Shown in pieces: positions 51,941 to 64,000 of a stretch of DNA of 64,000 bases (within the stretch, counting starts at the first letter, position 1; every line of letters begins with the position of its first letter). The translations under genes and the position numbers were made by a program. This DNA is from Mobula hypostoma. Its lineage: Eukaryota. The stretch is taken from assembly GCF_963921235.1 (NCBI RefSeq), contig NC_086109.1:27716001-27780000 (forward strand), read 5' to 3'. The notes under the pieces were generated by a model. It searched no databases, had not been told where the DNA came from, and saw only the letters and a program-made list of their open reading frames with translations.

Positions 51941-53939
51941 AGGTATGAAGTTGTTGTTTTATGACTCAGTGTCCTATCTTCCTAAAGCGTAGCTTTTAAT
52001 TTACTACTGCACTATAACACTGGGAGTTCCAAAGCATATGGTATTATTAATCAATTAAACTGTTGAAGAATGTCAGTTCTTAATAATACACTGTAAAACT
52101 AAGATATAGGTAGCTGTGCCTTATTAAATTTTATTGCAACACCAAATTTACCACATACCAGAATGTAATTACAGTACAATGCACCACAGGTGACATGACA
52201 GTGAAACCTATGAATTAAGTGAGAGCTAAAAGACAATAAAAACCCACCTCTGCCTTAATGTTAATGTTCTTCAGAGAGCCAATTCAGATTTCAAGCACCA
52301 TAATTCTTTGAACCCATTAAAAAAATATAGACTGCCTCATTCAAATTCAATGGGATATTTAAGAATTGAGTACTAATTAAAATGAACATATTTTTAATGT
52401 GATTCCTGTATCTTTTGAATGACTTCAGCAGAATATGATAGAATAAGAAAGACAATACTTAACAAACTCGCTTTAATTTTAACACATCATTTTTGAAACT
52501 GTTAAAATAACATTAAGATAATCTTGTTATATTTCTCTTCCTGAATTAACCAATGCAATGCTTTTTAAGAGTTATTGATTGTAACTTCTCCAGCATGTAT
52601 GAAATTGATGCATTATTTATAATTAATTTTATTCTTAATCCACTTTCACCTATTATCTTGAGCATTCTCCATTTGCACTAATTATTTATCTAATCTTAAA
52701 ATGTTCAGTTCCTTTAAAAGTGTCTATTTACAAATCTGATTGTAATCAGTGCAACTACCAAAGTTTTAAAATATGAATGACTCCTTCCTCACAACACCCC
52801 CTTTCACAACTCACCCCACACCCCACCAGAGATGCCACTCGACCCATTAAGTTCCTCAGCAGGTCATTTACCACTTCAGATTTCAGCAGCTGCAGTCATT
52901 TGCATCTTCCATCAATGAATGCCAAGAGTGAGAACACCCAGCACTGAACAAAAGACTTAAATATCTGTCCTGGACTCACATCTTCGGTAGGCAAATGACC
53001 AAATTGTCCTATTCAAGTTAATGCAGATCTGTGATCTCAGAGTAATTTTAGCAGGCCACTTAAGTAATCTGTTCAGATGTAGTTAATTCCTAATATTACT
53101 GCTCTCAAGTAATAAGCAAAAATGCTGCAAGCACTCAATGTGTCAATAAACATCCGTGGAAGAAAGGGACACAGAGAACCTTGCAGTTCAATAACTCAAA
53201 ATCAGATGGTCTAAAACATTAACTTTGTCTCGTTTACCTGTAGTTCAGATTTCCAGTACATGCAGATTTTTTTTATTAATTTCATTTTCCAATTAGCGTT
53301 CCTAGCCAGGTCAGTTTAGAGGTGTTTCAATTTGTCTCAAGGCTAAAGATGAAGGAGAAAATACAGTTTCAATCCTTCCTATTGATAGTTATTCAAATAC
53401 TCCTACGAAATATATGCCAGTGGTCCTGGTTATGATGAGCACATGAGTTTAATAATCTGCAAACAGGTCAACTGACCTCATGAATAGCTGCCCTTGGATG
53501 AGGAATTCATGTTTTACCACCATCGGTTAGACAAGATGGCTATTTCTGAAGAGGACGCAAAGGATAAACTGGATGAAAGAATACCAAAAAGAAAAAGGGT
53601 TCTTTGAATGTTTTATAATATATTTTATGTAAATATTTATACTTGGGATTTGTCAAGCATCAAATCCTTGTCATTAATTACAAATGAGCATTGCTTCATT
53701 ATACACAATATGCTTTTTCCACTTGGTAAACAAGTCAGCATATGGCTTCTCTCACTAAAAGTGCCAATTTATGCTTAATTGTATAAAGTTATTACCCCTC
53801 AACTGTCAGGTTCCTAAACCAGAGAAGATAACTTTTCTCACTCCAACACTGAATTGAACACATAATTTATAGACTCCAATTTAAGGACAAGTGTTTTTGA
53901 TATTTATTTCTTATTTATTTATTATTATTTTCTTTTAAA

Positions 53940-54315
53940 ATCATAGTTATAGTCCTTAAAAAGTACAGCACAGAAACAGGCCCTTCCGCCCATCTTGTCT
54001 GCGCTGAATCATTTAAACTGCCTACTCCCATGGACCTGTACCAGGACCATAGCTTTCCCTCCCATTCATATACCGATCCAAACTTCTCTTAAACACTGAA
54101 ATCAAGAGTGTGTTTGCACCACTTGCACTTGCAGCTCATTCCACCCTCTCATGACCCTCTGAGTGAAGAAGTTTCACCTCATGTGCTCCTTAAACTTTTC
54201 GCCTTTCACCCTTAACCTCTAGTGGTAGTCCCACACAACCTCAGTGGAAAAACTCTGCTTGCATTTGCCCTATATATACCTCATAATTTTGCATACCTCT
54301 ACCAAATCTCCCCTC
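53940..54315 (-). mobile_element. CR1 3' fragment inserted into a Rex-like 3' UTR (53800-54505)
   Basis: Homologous to 21820-22190; the flanks join into one LINE tail ending (ACTTTGA)2. Confidence 0.8.
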
Positions 54316-55022
54316 TTTTTGTATCTGCGCAGTCTGTTGTCTTTTTGCACATTGTTTGTTTATCAGTCTCAGTCATGTGCAGTTTCCCATTGATTCTGTT
54401 GTGTTTTGTATTTACTGTGAATGCCGCAAAAAGTGAATCTCAGGGTAGTATATGGTGACATGTACTGTATGCTTCTTGATATTAAATTTACTTTGAACTT
54501 TGAGTTTAACACTGTTCTGCTGTGACCCCACATCAATGAGAAGCATATTTTACACTGATGAAACTCAGAAAGAGAACTATGCAGTTTCTGTTGAAGGAAA
54601 GCACACAGGTCATCTGACTAGATTGGAATTACCTCTGTTTTTCCGAGATGAAAAAAAACAGTGATTAGTCATGACATCCATTCTTAATTTCCTCAAACTA
54701 ATAGTTGAAATGTTGTATATCGTTAAGGCTTTAGGCTTTTAATAATGGTTTGCATTTTCCACATTCCAAAATATTATTTGGTATTTAACATATTCATCAA
54801 TAAATCTTGATTCGTTATCCTCCAGTAGATGAAATTTATCCAAACCCAAGTGTAAACTGATTGATCTCTATGTAGTTTAATCTATTTAGCATCTTTCCAC
54901 ATGAGTCTGTGCTTCTCCTTCTGAACAGAGTATTCATCCCGACAAAAATATGCTCCAAACATTTTATCAGGAGAGAAAGCCAATTGGCATTAATCTTCTC
55001 TATTCCTTCCCAGCTGATCATG

Positions 55023-55446
55023 TCAGTCAGCCAGTTAGGTCACCTGTTATGCCACTGACACTTAGGGAAGCAATGAGGGTCCTCCATCTCTGGCGGTGTT
55101 CAGGGCTTCCTTCATCGTGTCAGTGGACTCCTCTCGGTTTTCACTATGTTCAGTCATTCATATCCCGGGTGGAGACTCATGAATACTGTCACAGTCAGAT
55201 GTAGGATTCTTCATTGTTGTTTCTGTAACAATTTTGTTTTACCAGTCAGAGTTGTTAGCCCTGAGCTGACCCCCCAACTCCAGAGGACTAGTGGACCACT
55301 CTTATTCTGTCCTCTACCCTTTGCCCTGTTTGGCATGGGTGATCCTACCAAGATCATAAAGCCCTGACTCCAGCCAACATAGCTTTAGGCTCATTGAGGC
55401 ACGCAAGCCTCCAAACCATGACAAGGTTGTGGTCCTCTTGGAGGAT
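55023..55446 (-). mobile_element. Non-autonomous RTE-clade retroelement (second copy)
   Basis: Reverse-complement homologue of 2700-3103; TSD GCTGATCATG (55013-55022) / GCTGATCACG (55447-55456). Confidence 0.82.
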
Positions 55447-55706
55447 GCTGATCACGACTGACATGTAACTTACTTCTTTCCCATCCTTACACTAAAATCA
55501 CCAAGAAGGAACAGTTTGTCTCCCTTTGGGATTAGAGCCAAAGCTGCTTCCAGTTTGGTGTAGAAGTCCTCCTAAACCTCATACATGACTTCCAGAGTTG
55601 GGTTTTATAATGACTATAGTGTGTTGGTCTGTACTAGAGTGAGCTGAATGACCAAGAGGTACTCATCTGTGCCATGGGGGCAGGGGTGTGGGGAGAGGGG
55701 GCTTAC

Positions 55707-56243
55707 TGTGACATGAGGGTATCCAATTCATGGTGGTAAAGCACACACTTTGTAAAATGTTGTTGTTGGGGCATATTCTGGAGTTATGGAGCATACGAAA
55801 TATTAATGTCAACAGCAACTGGTCTTCAGATCTGAATGTCGATTGCAGATGGAGTTAAAATGCAGCTCAGAACAATGGTGTTCCTAGAGCTGCAGTTTGG
55901 GTTTGATTGCAAACCAAGAAACACCGCATTGACCTGAGATGTCTGCATATGCATGAATGCAACACAAAGACAGTGGTGATTAACATTTACTTTGGGTGTC
56001 TGGAGTGTTGATGTCAAGCTCTAGGTGTCTGAAAATTATTTGTAATTCAAAGGAAGCATTGTAGATACATTGTAACTATAGAATTGTCCTCCCATTATTT
56101 TGATCTTTAGCATATAAAAATGTCATTTAATATTTGCTTAGGGAACCTCTTCTTCCAAGAGTGATGCCTGCTTGTTTGGCTGAATAAAGACTTCAATATC
56201 CACCTGCTTCAGTGTCCCTCCAGTGATTTCGTTCACAGTCACA
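55707..56243 (+). mobile_element. Possible solo LTR
   Basis: TGTGAC...GTCACA inverted ends, AATAAA about 55 nt before the end; no TSD found. Confidence 0.4.
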
Positions 56244-58999
56244 AGAGATGTCTGTCTCTGGTTTGTCCCTCCGGAAGGTGTATCCATCACATTGTAATTT
56301 GAACCAGGCATCTCCTACGCATCAAGTCTCACTCAAGGGGATAATGTCTATGTCACAGCCTCCTTAGGATATTGCATGCTCGATCAAAATTACCCCTCAT
56401 TTTCCAAAACTTCAAGGACCATGCACATTGCAGGTTAACAGTCACTGTAAACTGCTGCTACTGTATAGATGAATGGTAGATTCTTTCGAGAGGTGGGGGG
56501 GGGGGGAATGGGGCAGAGCAAAAGGGTGCCTGATAGTCAACATGGACATAATGAGCTAAAGGAACTGCTTCCATGTTCTCCGACTGTATGCTTCCCAACT
56601 AAATTAGCTCTCTGGCACAAAAAGAGGAATGCTAGGCAGGAAACCAGAAGAATCCTGTCCTTTTTTTTAAACACTGGCATGGAGTCATCTCATTTCTCTT
56701 GAGCAGTCAGCTACATTCTTAGCTTAACAGCTCACACATCACAACAATGCATATGTTCAGTAACATATTAAAATTATCCACTTAAACTATTCAACTCTTT
56801 AAAAATGGCTTCGAATCTACACATTCAGGGAAGTATACTCCTAAAATGAGTTAAGCTAATTAATGAAAGAATTTCTTGTGTGAAATACGGACACGAAAAA
56901 ATATTCAACAAACAGTGGATCACCCAGCTTGAACTTCCACCCAACTCCATTTTGATCAAAGGTTTCATTTCTACAAATCCTATCATAAATCATTTTCAAG
57001 TATTGATGATCTTGCAATGAAATTCTTTCTAGCATTTGCCTCAAGTTTGATTTTCATCTGTTAGAACATCTGTCACTAGTTCTAGTTCTGTGACTAGAGT
57101 CCATCTTGAAAATAATTCTGGATTTCTTATATCAATTATAATATTTTGTAGTATTACTAGGATCCCACTCAGGCATCTGCCACAGCTCTTCACCCCAATA
57201 CATCGATCTCCAACTAAATATTTACATGGAAATTTGTCTTATAATTTCAGGATAACAAATTTACAGATACTCAAGAAGCAGTGTACTGTATAAGCATAGC
57301 ATCTCTGCCCCATTATTTAGATTTATCACATATACATTAAAAAAAATGAGTGAAATGTGTTGTTTGTGTTAATAACCAATACAATCAAGGACATGCTGGA
57401 AGTAGCCCTCAAGTGTAACCACACTTTTGGCACCAGTATAACTTGCCCACAATGTTCAGCAATACAACCCAAGCAGCAACAAGAACAACAAAACAAAACA
57501 ACAACAAGAAGCTCATATCCCACACTCCAGCCCCAGTTCAGCCCCTCTTCGGGCCTCCAGTCTTTGGCCCAGGACGCACAGACGTTAAGCCTCTCACCAG
57601 ACTTCACCAACCTCTCTCTGCTCAGGGCTTAACAGAATTCAGTTGATTATGGGTTTGATCTTCGAGCAAGAGCTCAGGATTCAGACGAAACACTAATCCT
57701 GGTGACCTGGAGGGGGGTCACAGGCCCAGGTGACTCCTTCAGGCCTCTACCTCCTTGCTTTCTGACTTCAGCCTTCAACCTTTTGGCTTCTACCTCTTGA
57801 CTGACCAAGACATAGATTTCAACCTTCAGCTCTGCCCTCTGGTTATCATCTGTTTCGGGGGTGGGGGGCGGGGAGGGTCAACCCCAGGACTCGCCTATCA
57901 TGAGTTTGACCTTCAGGCCTTGACCCTAGTACTCACTGATCACGGTTTGACCATTAGGCCTCGACTTCTTGATTTGCACAGAGAGATCAGTAATTTTTCA
58001 GTATTATTTGGCATTCCAATAATTTCCTAATGATGAAGATTAACTGAACATACTTGATATGGTTCACTAGTATGCAGAGTCCCTACATGGCAACATTTAT
58101 ATATTTTTTTCACCTTATTGGAAAAATTTGTTGTAATGAAGTTTATACCTCCTTATCACTCCTCTTATAGAATTTAACACACCGATAACATGACAAAGAA
58201 CTGTGCCATAATTCCTTGGTATTGCTGTAACACGCATTAGTGGAAGGATTGCAAATTTAGAATGATATCTGCTTCATACCAATAAAAACATTCACTATAA
58301 CATTTTACATTGTCACATTGGCAATGGCATGAATTTAAAACACGTTGATTAGTAACATTTAAAATTTAAAAAATCTTTTCTAGCATTTGAAATGAAGTTA
58401 AATTTACATAATGAAATAAACTATGAATCTTAAAGTAGCTAATTAAGTGTCAAACAAATTTTTAAATTCTAGATAATATGGAGAAATTATCATCTCTTGA
58501 TTATTTTCAGGAATCACAAGAAATCACATTTCTGATAAATGACCTATTATGTTTCATTTTACCACTTGCTATCAAAAAACCTCATTCTACACTGAAATTT
58601 TAATTTGGCATCTACTGTAGGCCATCGTCTTTCATTAATCTACATTTTATATTCTTGGCACACACACAGGAACTCCTGATAATGTTGGCATTTGATGCCC
58701 ATGCCCTATTCAGCCTTGGGAAGAAAGCAGTAAACCACCTGAATCCCTCAAGTATGTGGGGTGAAAATACAAGGTTGGTGGATAAGTTACTCCAGGACCT
58801 TCAAGCCTGTGATGAATAAGGAGCAGCAAAGCATTGCTGCATCAAGATAGCATGGGACTTCATCTCTTAGAAACACACAGTGCAGAAGGCCTTTCAGCCC
58901 ATTGTGTATACACTGGCCATAAACAAGGCTACTTTGGTTATTCTTGATCTAAGGTCTTCAGGTTTGTGGCTCTTCAAATACTCAGCCAAGTCCATTTTG

Positions 59000-59225
59000 A
59001 ACATAAAAAGAACAATGGAAAGTCAGCATGTCAGGACGCATCTTTGGGAAGAGAAATAACATCAATGTTTCAGGTCAGAGATGCTTCATCAGAATTGGAA
59101 CTAACGTGGCCATTTCTCAGAAGCGTTTGACCAGAAATATTAATGCTGTTTCTCTTTCAATGCAGTCTGACCTGGTGGGTATTTAAAGCGTTTTCAGTTT
59201 TTTACATTTCCTGTATCTGCAGGTG
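59000..59225. mobile_element. Old fold-back Penelope-derived element; minus-strand hammerhead core 59060-59097
   Basis: Minus strand caatt-CTGATGA-agcatctctgacct-GAAA-C-ATT-gatg; degenerate inverted arms. Confidence 0.65.
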
Positions 59226-59393
59226 TTTTCTTTTGCCATTAAGTCTGCTGGAGTTCCAGTTTCTCCACCTCTTTTAATGAATTCCAAACCTCTACTAATT
59301 TGGGGCATTTTTTTAAAACTCCACCTGTCCTGACAATGGACTTAAACCAGTGTCCCTAGAACAGAATTGTACAAATGTATTATGAAGCATTTA

Positions 59394-59763
59394 CCTTCCA
59401 GTAAAAAAAAAATAAAATTCCCTCCCCCTTCCCTCTTCTTCTATTCCCCACTCTGGTCTCTTACCTCTTTTCACCTGCCTATCACCTCCCCTCTAGGTCC
59501 CCTCTTCCTTCCCTTTCTCCTACTGTCCACTCTCCTCTCCTATCCGATTCCTTCCTCTCCAGCCCTTTATCTTCCTACCCACCAGGCTTCACCCATCACC
59601 TTCTAGCTATCCCCCTTCTCCTACCCCCACCTTTTCATCCTGGCCCCTTCCTCCTTCCGTTCCAATCCTGAAGAAGGGTCTTGGTCGGAAACATCAACTG
59701 TTTATTCATTTCCATAGATGCTGCCTGACCTGCTGAGTTCCTCCAGCATTTTGTGTGTGTTGC
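59394..59763 (+). mobile_element. Penelope-like 3' fragment with intact hammerhead core boxes (59663-59700)
   Basis: caatc-CTGAAGA-agggtcttggtcg-GAAA-C-ATC-aactg; TSD-like TTATGAAGCATT (59380-59391) / TTATGACGCATT (59764-59775). Confidence 0.85.
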
Positions 59764-59775
59764 TTATGACGCATT

Positions 59776-60345
59776 AGCTACCCTTGACCTCCAAGGAAGC
59801 AGATCAATGGTTTGTCAAAGAAGCCGTTCTTGTAGTTCAGTTTGTAGCTGTTAGGCAAGAAGCAGGAATCATTCAGCAAGATGACAACGATGCTCCTGGA
59901 ATGTGCTACCTTAGGCTGGAAGATATTCAGCATTTTGACTGTTAATGGGGCTGCATTCACCTGTTTGATGTTGCAGTGTTCGCCAAGCTTGGCCATTAGC
60001 TTGCAAACGTTTCATCACCAGTCGAGGTGACATTCTCAGTGCGCACTTGTTGGTGTTTCTCTCTGGAAGTGCTCGCATTTATATAGCACCCCATTCGCTC
60101 GCCTCGGTCCTGACTGGCTACCTATTCAGTTGACCTTTGAATTCTATTGGCTCGTGTTTCTTTAACTCTTAGGGGTTCATAGATGGCGAATGTTTCAGTA
60201 TGTTTGTTTACAGAGTTATCAGAAGAGAAGCATGCTTCTAAAAGTTCTCGTGCCTGCTTCGTGTTTGCCTGTACCAGAACATCCATGGTGTCCCAGTTAA
60301 CGTGGTGTCCTTCTTGATCTTCATGTACTGAGATCAGTGACAGTG
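59776..60345 (-). mobile_element. Second Penelope-like family: GIY-YIG ORF C-terminus plus 3' region with hammerhead
   Basis: Minus strand SLISVHEDQEGHHVNWDTMDVLVQANTKQARELLEACFSSDNSVNKH...IYEPLR (60340-60170). Downstream gca-CTGAGAA-t-gtcacc-tcgact-ggtgat-GAAA-C-GTT-tgc (60042-60003). Confidence 0.85.
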
Positions 60346-60367
60346 GATTGTAAGTCTACAAATGTTT

Positions 60368-61000
60368 GAATCAGAATCAGGTTTATTTTCTCTGGCATAA
60401 GTCATGAAATTTGTTGTTTTGTGGCAGTTATACAATGCAAGACATAAAAATCACTGCAAGTTACAATAAAAATTTAAAAAAAGACTGTAAAAAAAGAAAA
60501 AGTGAGTTAGAGTTCATTTTCCATTCAGAAATATGATGGCAGAGGGATAGAAGCTGTTTCCAAAATGTGGGTCTTCAGGCTCCTGTACTGTCAGTCTGAT
60601 CTTGGTAATGAGAAAGAGGACATGTATTGACTGGCAAGAGCACTAAATAAAGGATGCTGACTTCTTAAGGCACTGCCTTTTGAAGACGTCCTCAATGTTG
60701 GGGAGACATGTGCCGATAACAGAGGTGGCTGATTCTACAGCCCTCGGTAGTCTCTTTCAATCTAGTGCATTGGAGCTGCTAAATGAAATGGTGATGCAAC
60801 CAGTCAGAATGCTCTCCCTAGTATATTTGTAGAAATTTCATAGCATCTTTGGTAACATACCAAATGTCCTCAAACTCCTAAAGAAGAGCTGCTGTTGTGC
60901 CTTTTTTTTTTGATTGCATTAATATGCTAAGCCTAAGATAGATCCTCTGAGATCTTGACGTCCTGGAACTTGAATCTGTTCATCCCTTCCACTGCTGAAT
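60368..61000 (-). mobile_element. Rex/Babar-like LINE 3' fragment
   Basis: GAATCAGAATCAGGTTTATT tail on the reverse strand; homology to 20080-20400. Confidence 0.8.
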
Positions 61001-61111
61001 ATGAAGGTTATATAATAAAACTCACACAATCACACCTGAATCCAGGTCACATTTCTAACATTGTTAGAACACAATTCTAACATTGTTAAAGGTGTGGGAC
61101 TGATCATCACA

Positions 61112-61360
61112 ATTCTGCAGATCCCAGAAATCTTAAACAAAAATCAAAAACATAGGAAGTACTCGGAAGGTCAGGCAGCATCTGCAGAAGGAGAAACAGT
61201 GTTTTAGCTCCAGGACCCTTCACAAGGACATGTTTCTGATGAAGGGTCTCAGATCTCAAACCGTAACTGTTGCTCCTTGCTATCTAACCTGCTGAGAGCA
61301 TCCAGCATATTTTTACATAGGATTGATCTTCAGTTTCAAGAACTATGCATTTCAGAAATC
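61112..61360. mobile_element. Fold-back Penelope-derived element with CTGATGA core (61236-61242)
   Basis: GACCCTTCACAAGG...CTGATGAAGGGTC head-to-head remnants; inverted family arms. Confidence 0.7.
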
Positions 61361-62334
61361 TGCACCAATAACAAAGGGAAATGAGTTTCGATCTTCTGAG
61401 GGCGGCTGTGGAATTTAAATCCATAATGTAAAAGGCTAGCCTGTCTAGTTCACTAATGTTCCGCAGGAACTGAAATCTGCCACCTTTATGCAATCCAGGT
61501 AGAAAAAGCATTCACAGTCACCACTTGTAATAATCTTCTCTGCTTTAATATCTGAACTGATAGCAAGGTTTATTTCCCATGAATATAAATTCCAAAAAAA
61601 AAACAAAATCCAATCAATTGTGTGCAACTGCCCACTCCATGGTCAGATGTTTGCTTCCAGAAAATAAATTCCCACATCCGCCCATTCCAATATTGTAGGG
61701 TCATTGCCGAGAACTTAATAATTAATGGATGATGTATTCGCAAAAGGTCTGATACCGCAGGTACATGAAGACAAATTAATCATTTTAACATTGCACACAA
61801 ATCTTTCTGGAACTGCTTCATCTGAATTCAGTATTAAAATTCCAAAGCTATATTAATCATCGCAAATAAAATTACGTTGTACAGAACACTGGTATAGCCA
61901 AGAATTAATCAGAACAGTGGGTCTGTTGCAGTTGGACTAATTACATTTTCCTCATTATTATTGTATTCCCTTCTATCCTAAGTGGTCATTTGGTCCATTG
62001 AATCAATGTCTGCTCTCACAGCATTCCTGTCAATTCCCATTCTCCCACTTATTTCCCTGAAACTATTCTTTCCCACATGCCCGTTAACTCCCTCCATTCC
62101 TCCAGCTACCCACCAGCACAAAGAGCAATTTACAATGGCTAAATAACCTAGCAAACAGCACATCAAGCTACACTTTTCATCGTCTCAGTAAAGCAGCCAG
62201 CTTTCTTGCTTTGGCCTTGTCATCAGGCAGAAAATATAACAGCCTGAAAGCATGTACAATTAACCTCAAGAAGAGCTTCTATCCTGCTGTTATAAGACTT
62301 CTGAATGGTTCCCTCGCCCAAGAGTCAACAGTGG

Positions 62335-62870
62335 CTATTTTCAAGTCCCTGAGCGTCAACATCTCAGAAGATCTGTCCTGGACCCACCATATTGGTACGA
62401 TTACAAAGGCAGCACGACGATGGCTATATTTTATTAGAAGTTGGGGGAGATTTGGTATGCCACCGAAGACTCTAGCAAATTTCTACAAGTGTGTAAATTT
62501 CTACCGTGGAGAGCATTCTGACTGGTTGCATCACCTTCTGCTATGGAGGCTCCAGTACTCATCGGAATAAGCTGCAGAGAGTTGTAAACTCAGTCAGCTC
62601 CATCATGGGCACTAGCTTCCCCAGCACTGAGATCACCTTCAAAAGGCAATGCCTCAAAGAGACCACTAACGACCCTCACCACCCAGGACATGCTCCTTTC
62701 TCATTGCTACCACCAGAGAGGAGGTACAGAAGCCTGAAGGCACACACTCAACATTTTAGAAACAGCTTCTTCCCCTCTGCCATGATTTCTGAATGGTCCA
62801 AAATCAATGAACACTACTTCAATATTTTCCCTTTCTTTTTGCACACATTAATATATACTGTATATTATAT
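62335..62870 (+). mobile_element. Rex/Babar-like LINE 3' fragment
   Basis: VNISEDLSW, ESILTGCIT and HPGHAPFSLLP...RNSFFPSA motifs. Confidence 0.9.
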
Positions 62871-62880
62871 ATAGAAGGTA

Positions 62881-63034
62881 CAGGTTGACCTTCACTAATC
62901 CGGCACCACTGGGACCTGAGGAGTGCTGGATTAGTGAAAATGCTGAATTACAGAAGGATCACATTAAGCATGATCAGTGCCGGATTATCGAAGGAACCGG
63001 ATTACAGGTAGTTGGATTAGTGAAGGTTGACCTG
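62881..63034. mobile_element. Tigger-type MITE (154 bp)
   Basis: TIR CAGGTTGACCTTCACTAATCC / GGATTAGTGAAGGTTGACCTG (19/21), TA on both sides. Confidence 0.9.
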
Positions 63035-63184
63035 TATGGTAATATAATAAATATATATTGTAATTTGGGGTATATTTTAGGTATTGCAATGGATTGCAAT
63101 AATCTCACAACATGTCAGTAACAATAATAATAAAACTTTTTCATCGTATCTCTGTACATATGACAATAATGATGTTGCCATAAG

Positions 63185-63340
63185 AGAGGAAATCAAAACA
63201 CTCAGTGGAAACCCACATGATTGCAAGTGCAACATGTCAACTCCATATTGGCAGCAACAGAAGCCAAGATCAAACCTCTGCCACTGGAGCTGGGAAGATA
63301 CAACATGACCTGCAGCATTGCCGTGCTGTCCTACCATTCC
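63185..63340 (-). mobile_element. tRNA-derived SINE fragment
   Basis: Minus-strand GGACAGCACGGCAATGCTGCAGG...CAGCTCCAGTGGCAGAGGTTTGATC head. Confidence 0.6.
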
Positions 63341-64000
63341 CTCAAGCTTTGTCTCAAATGTTACCAGAAGCATTAGCTGATATTGACATTGTGAGGGTGA
63401 TGTGGGCAGATAGGAAGTTGGCAGTCAATTTACTGAGCTAAGTGAGATGGAAACAAGGGAGCAGGAGAGTGAATTAACAGTAAATCACATTCAGTTAAAC
63501 AAATAAAGGGGCTGATTTTCTATTTCACTTTCATACTTTGATCTCCCTGCCACCTACACTGTTCCAGTGAATTCAGTGCAAACCCATCTTTTTGTTAGAC
63601 AGATGGTTACAAGCTGAACTCAATTTCAAGTTCAATACTCTAAGATAACATTACTTTCAGTAATTTATTTCAGATTTCTAGCATTCGCTCAAGACTCTGC
63701 TTCTTCCATTTACATTGCCTGCAGACCGACTTTTTGCTGCCTTACCTATTCTGCCAACAGCCACATTAGATTTGCACAAAAAAGCTTGTCATTTCTCTTG
63801 CTGGCTACCTTAATGAAGAACTCTGTAATGAAGAACTTTGCTTCTGTCTGATCTCACCACCTTATCCTTTAATATCTGATGATTTATAAATTTTCCATGA
63901 CTCCGATGATTCATAATCAACCTGAAATGATCCCTCTGTATTCTCTCCAAGTGTATTATTCAACCTGCTGAGTACTTTCAGCATGTTCTGTTTTTACTAT

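Overview
Vertebrate intronic DNA, very repeat-dense; the repeat landscape suggests a cartilaginous fish, probably a ray (inference, not checked). The only host gene I can firmly recognise is a copine on the minus strand. Two short coding exons (50669-50709, 41 nt; 34840-34886, 47 nt) splice in frame to RNLLDKDTFSKSDPLCVLYVQGIETIQWRE, the C2A domain start, closest to CPNE5 as I recall the paralogues. The rest appears to be its introns. Nearly all long ORFs are decayed transposons: CR1, Rex/Babar and L1 LINEs, a ~9.5 kb BEL/Pao provirus with nested insertions, hAT, Tigger and Tc1 DNA transposons, tRNA-derived and RTE-derived SINEs, and Penelope-like fragments. The most interesting signals are RNA-structural. 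(1) About 15 short Penelope-type elements, many fold-back, carry minimal hammerhead-ribozyme motifs. (2) A non-autonomous RTE family has an HDV-like pseudoknot topology starting at its 5' boundary. (3) A 710-bp TSD-flanked element places an RTE-type leader upstream of a tRNA-like Pol III cassette. Boundaries of degraded repeats are approximate and all alignments were done by eye.
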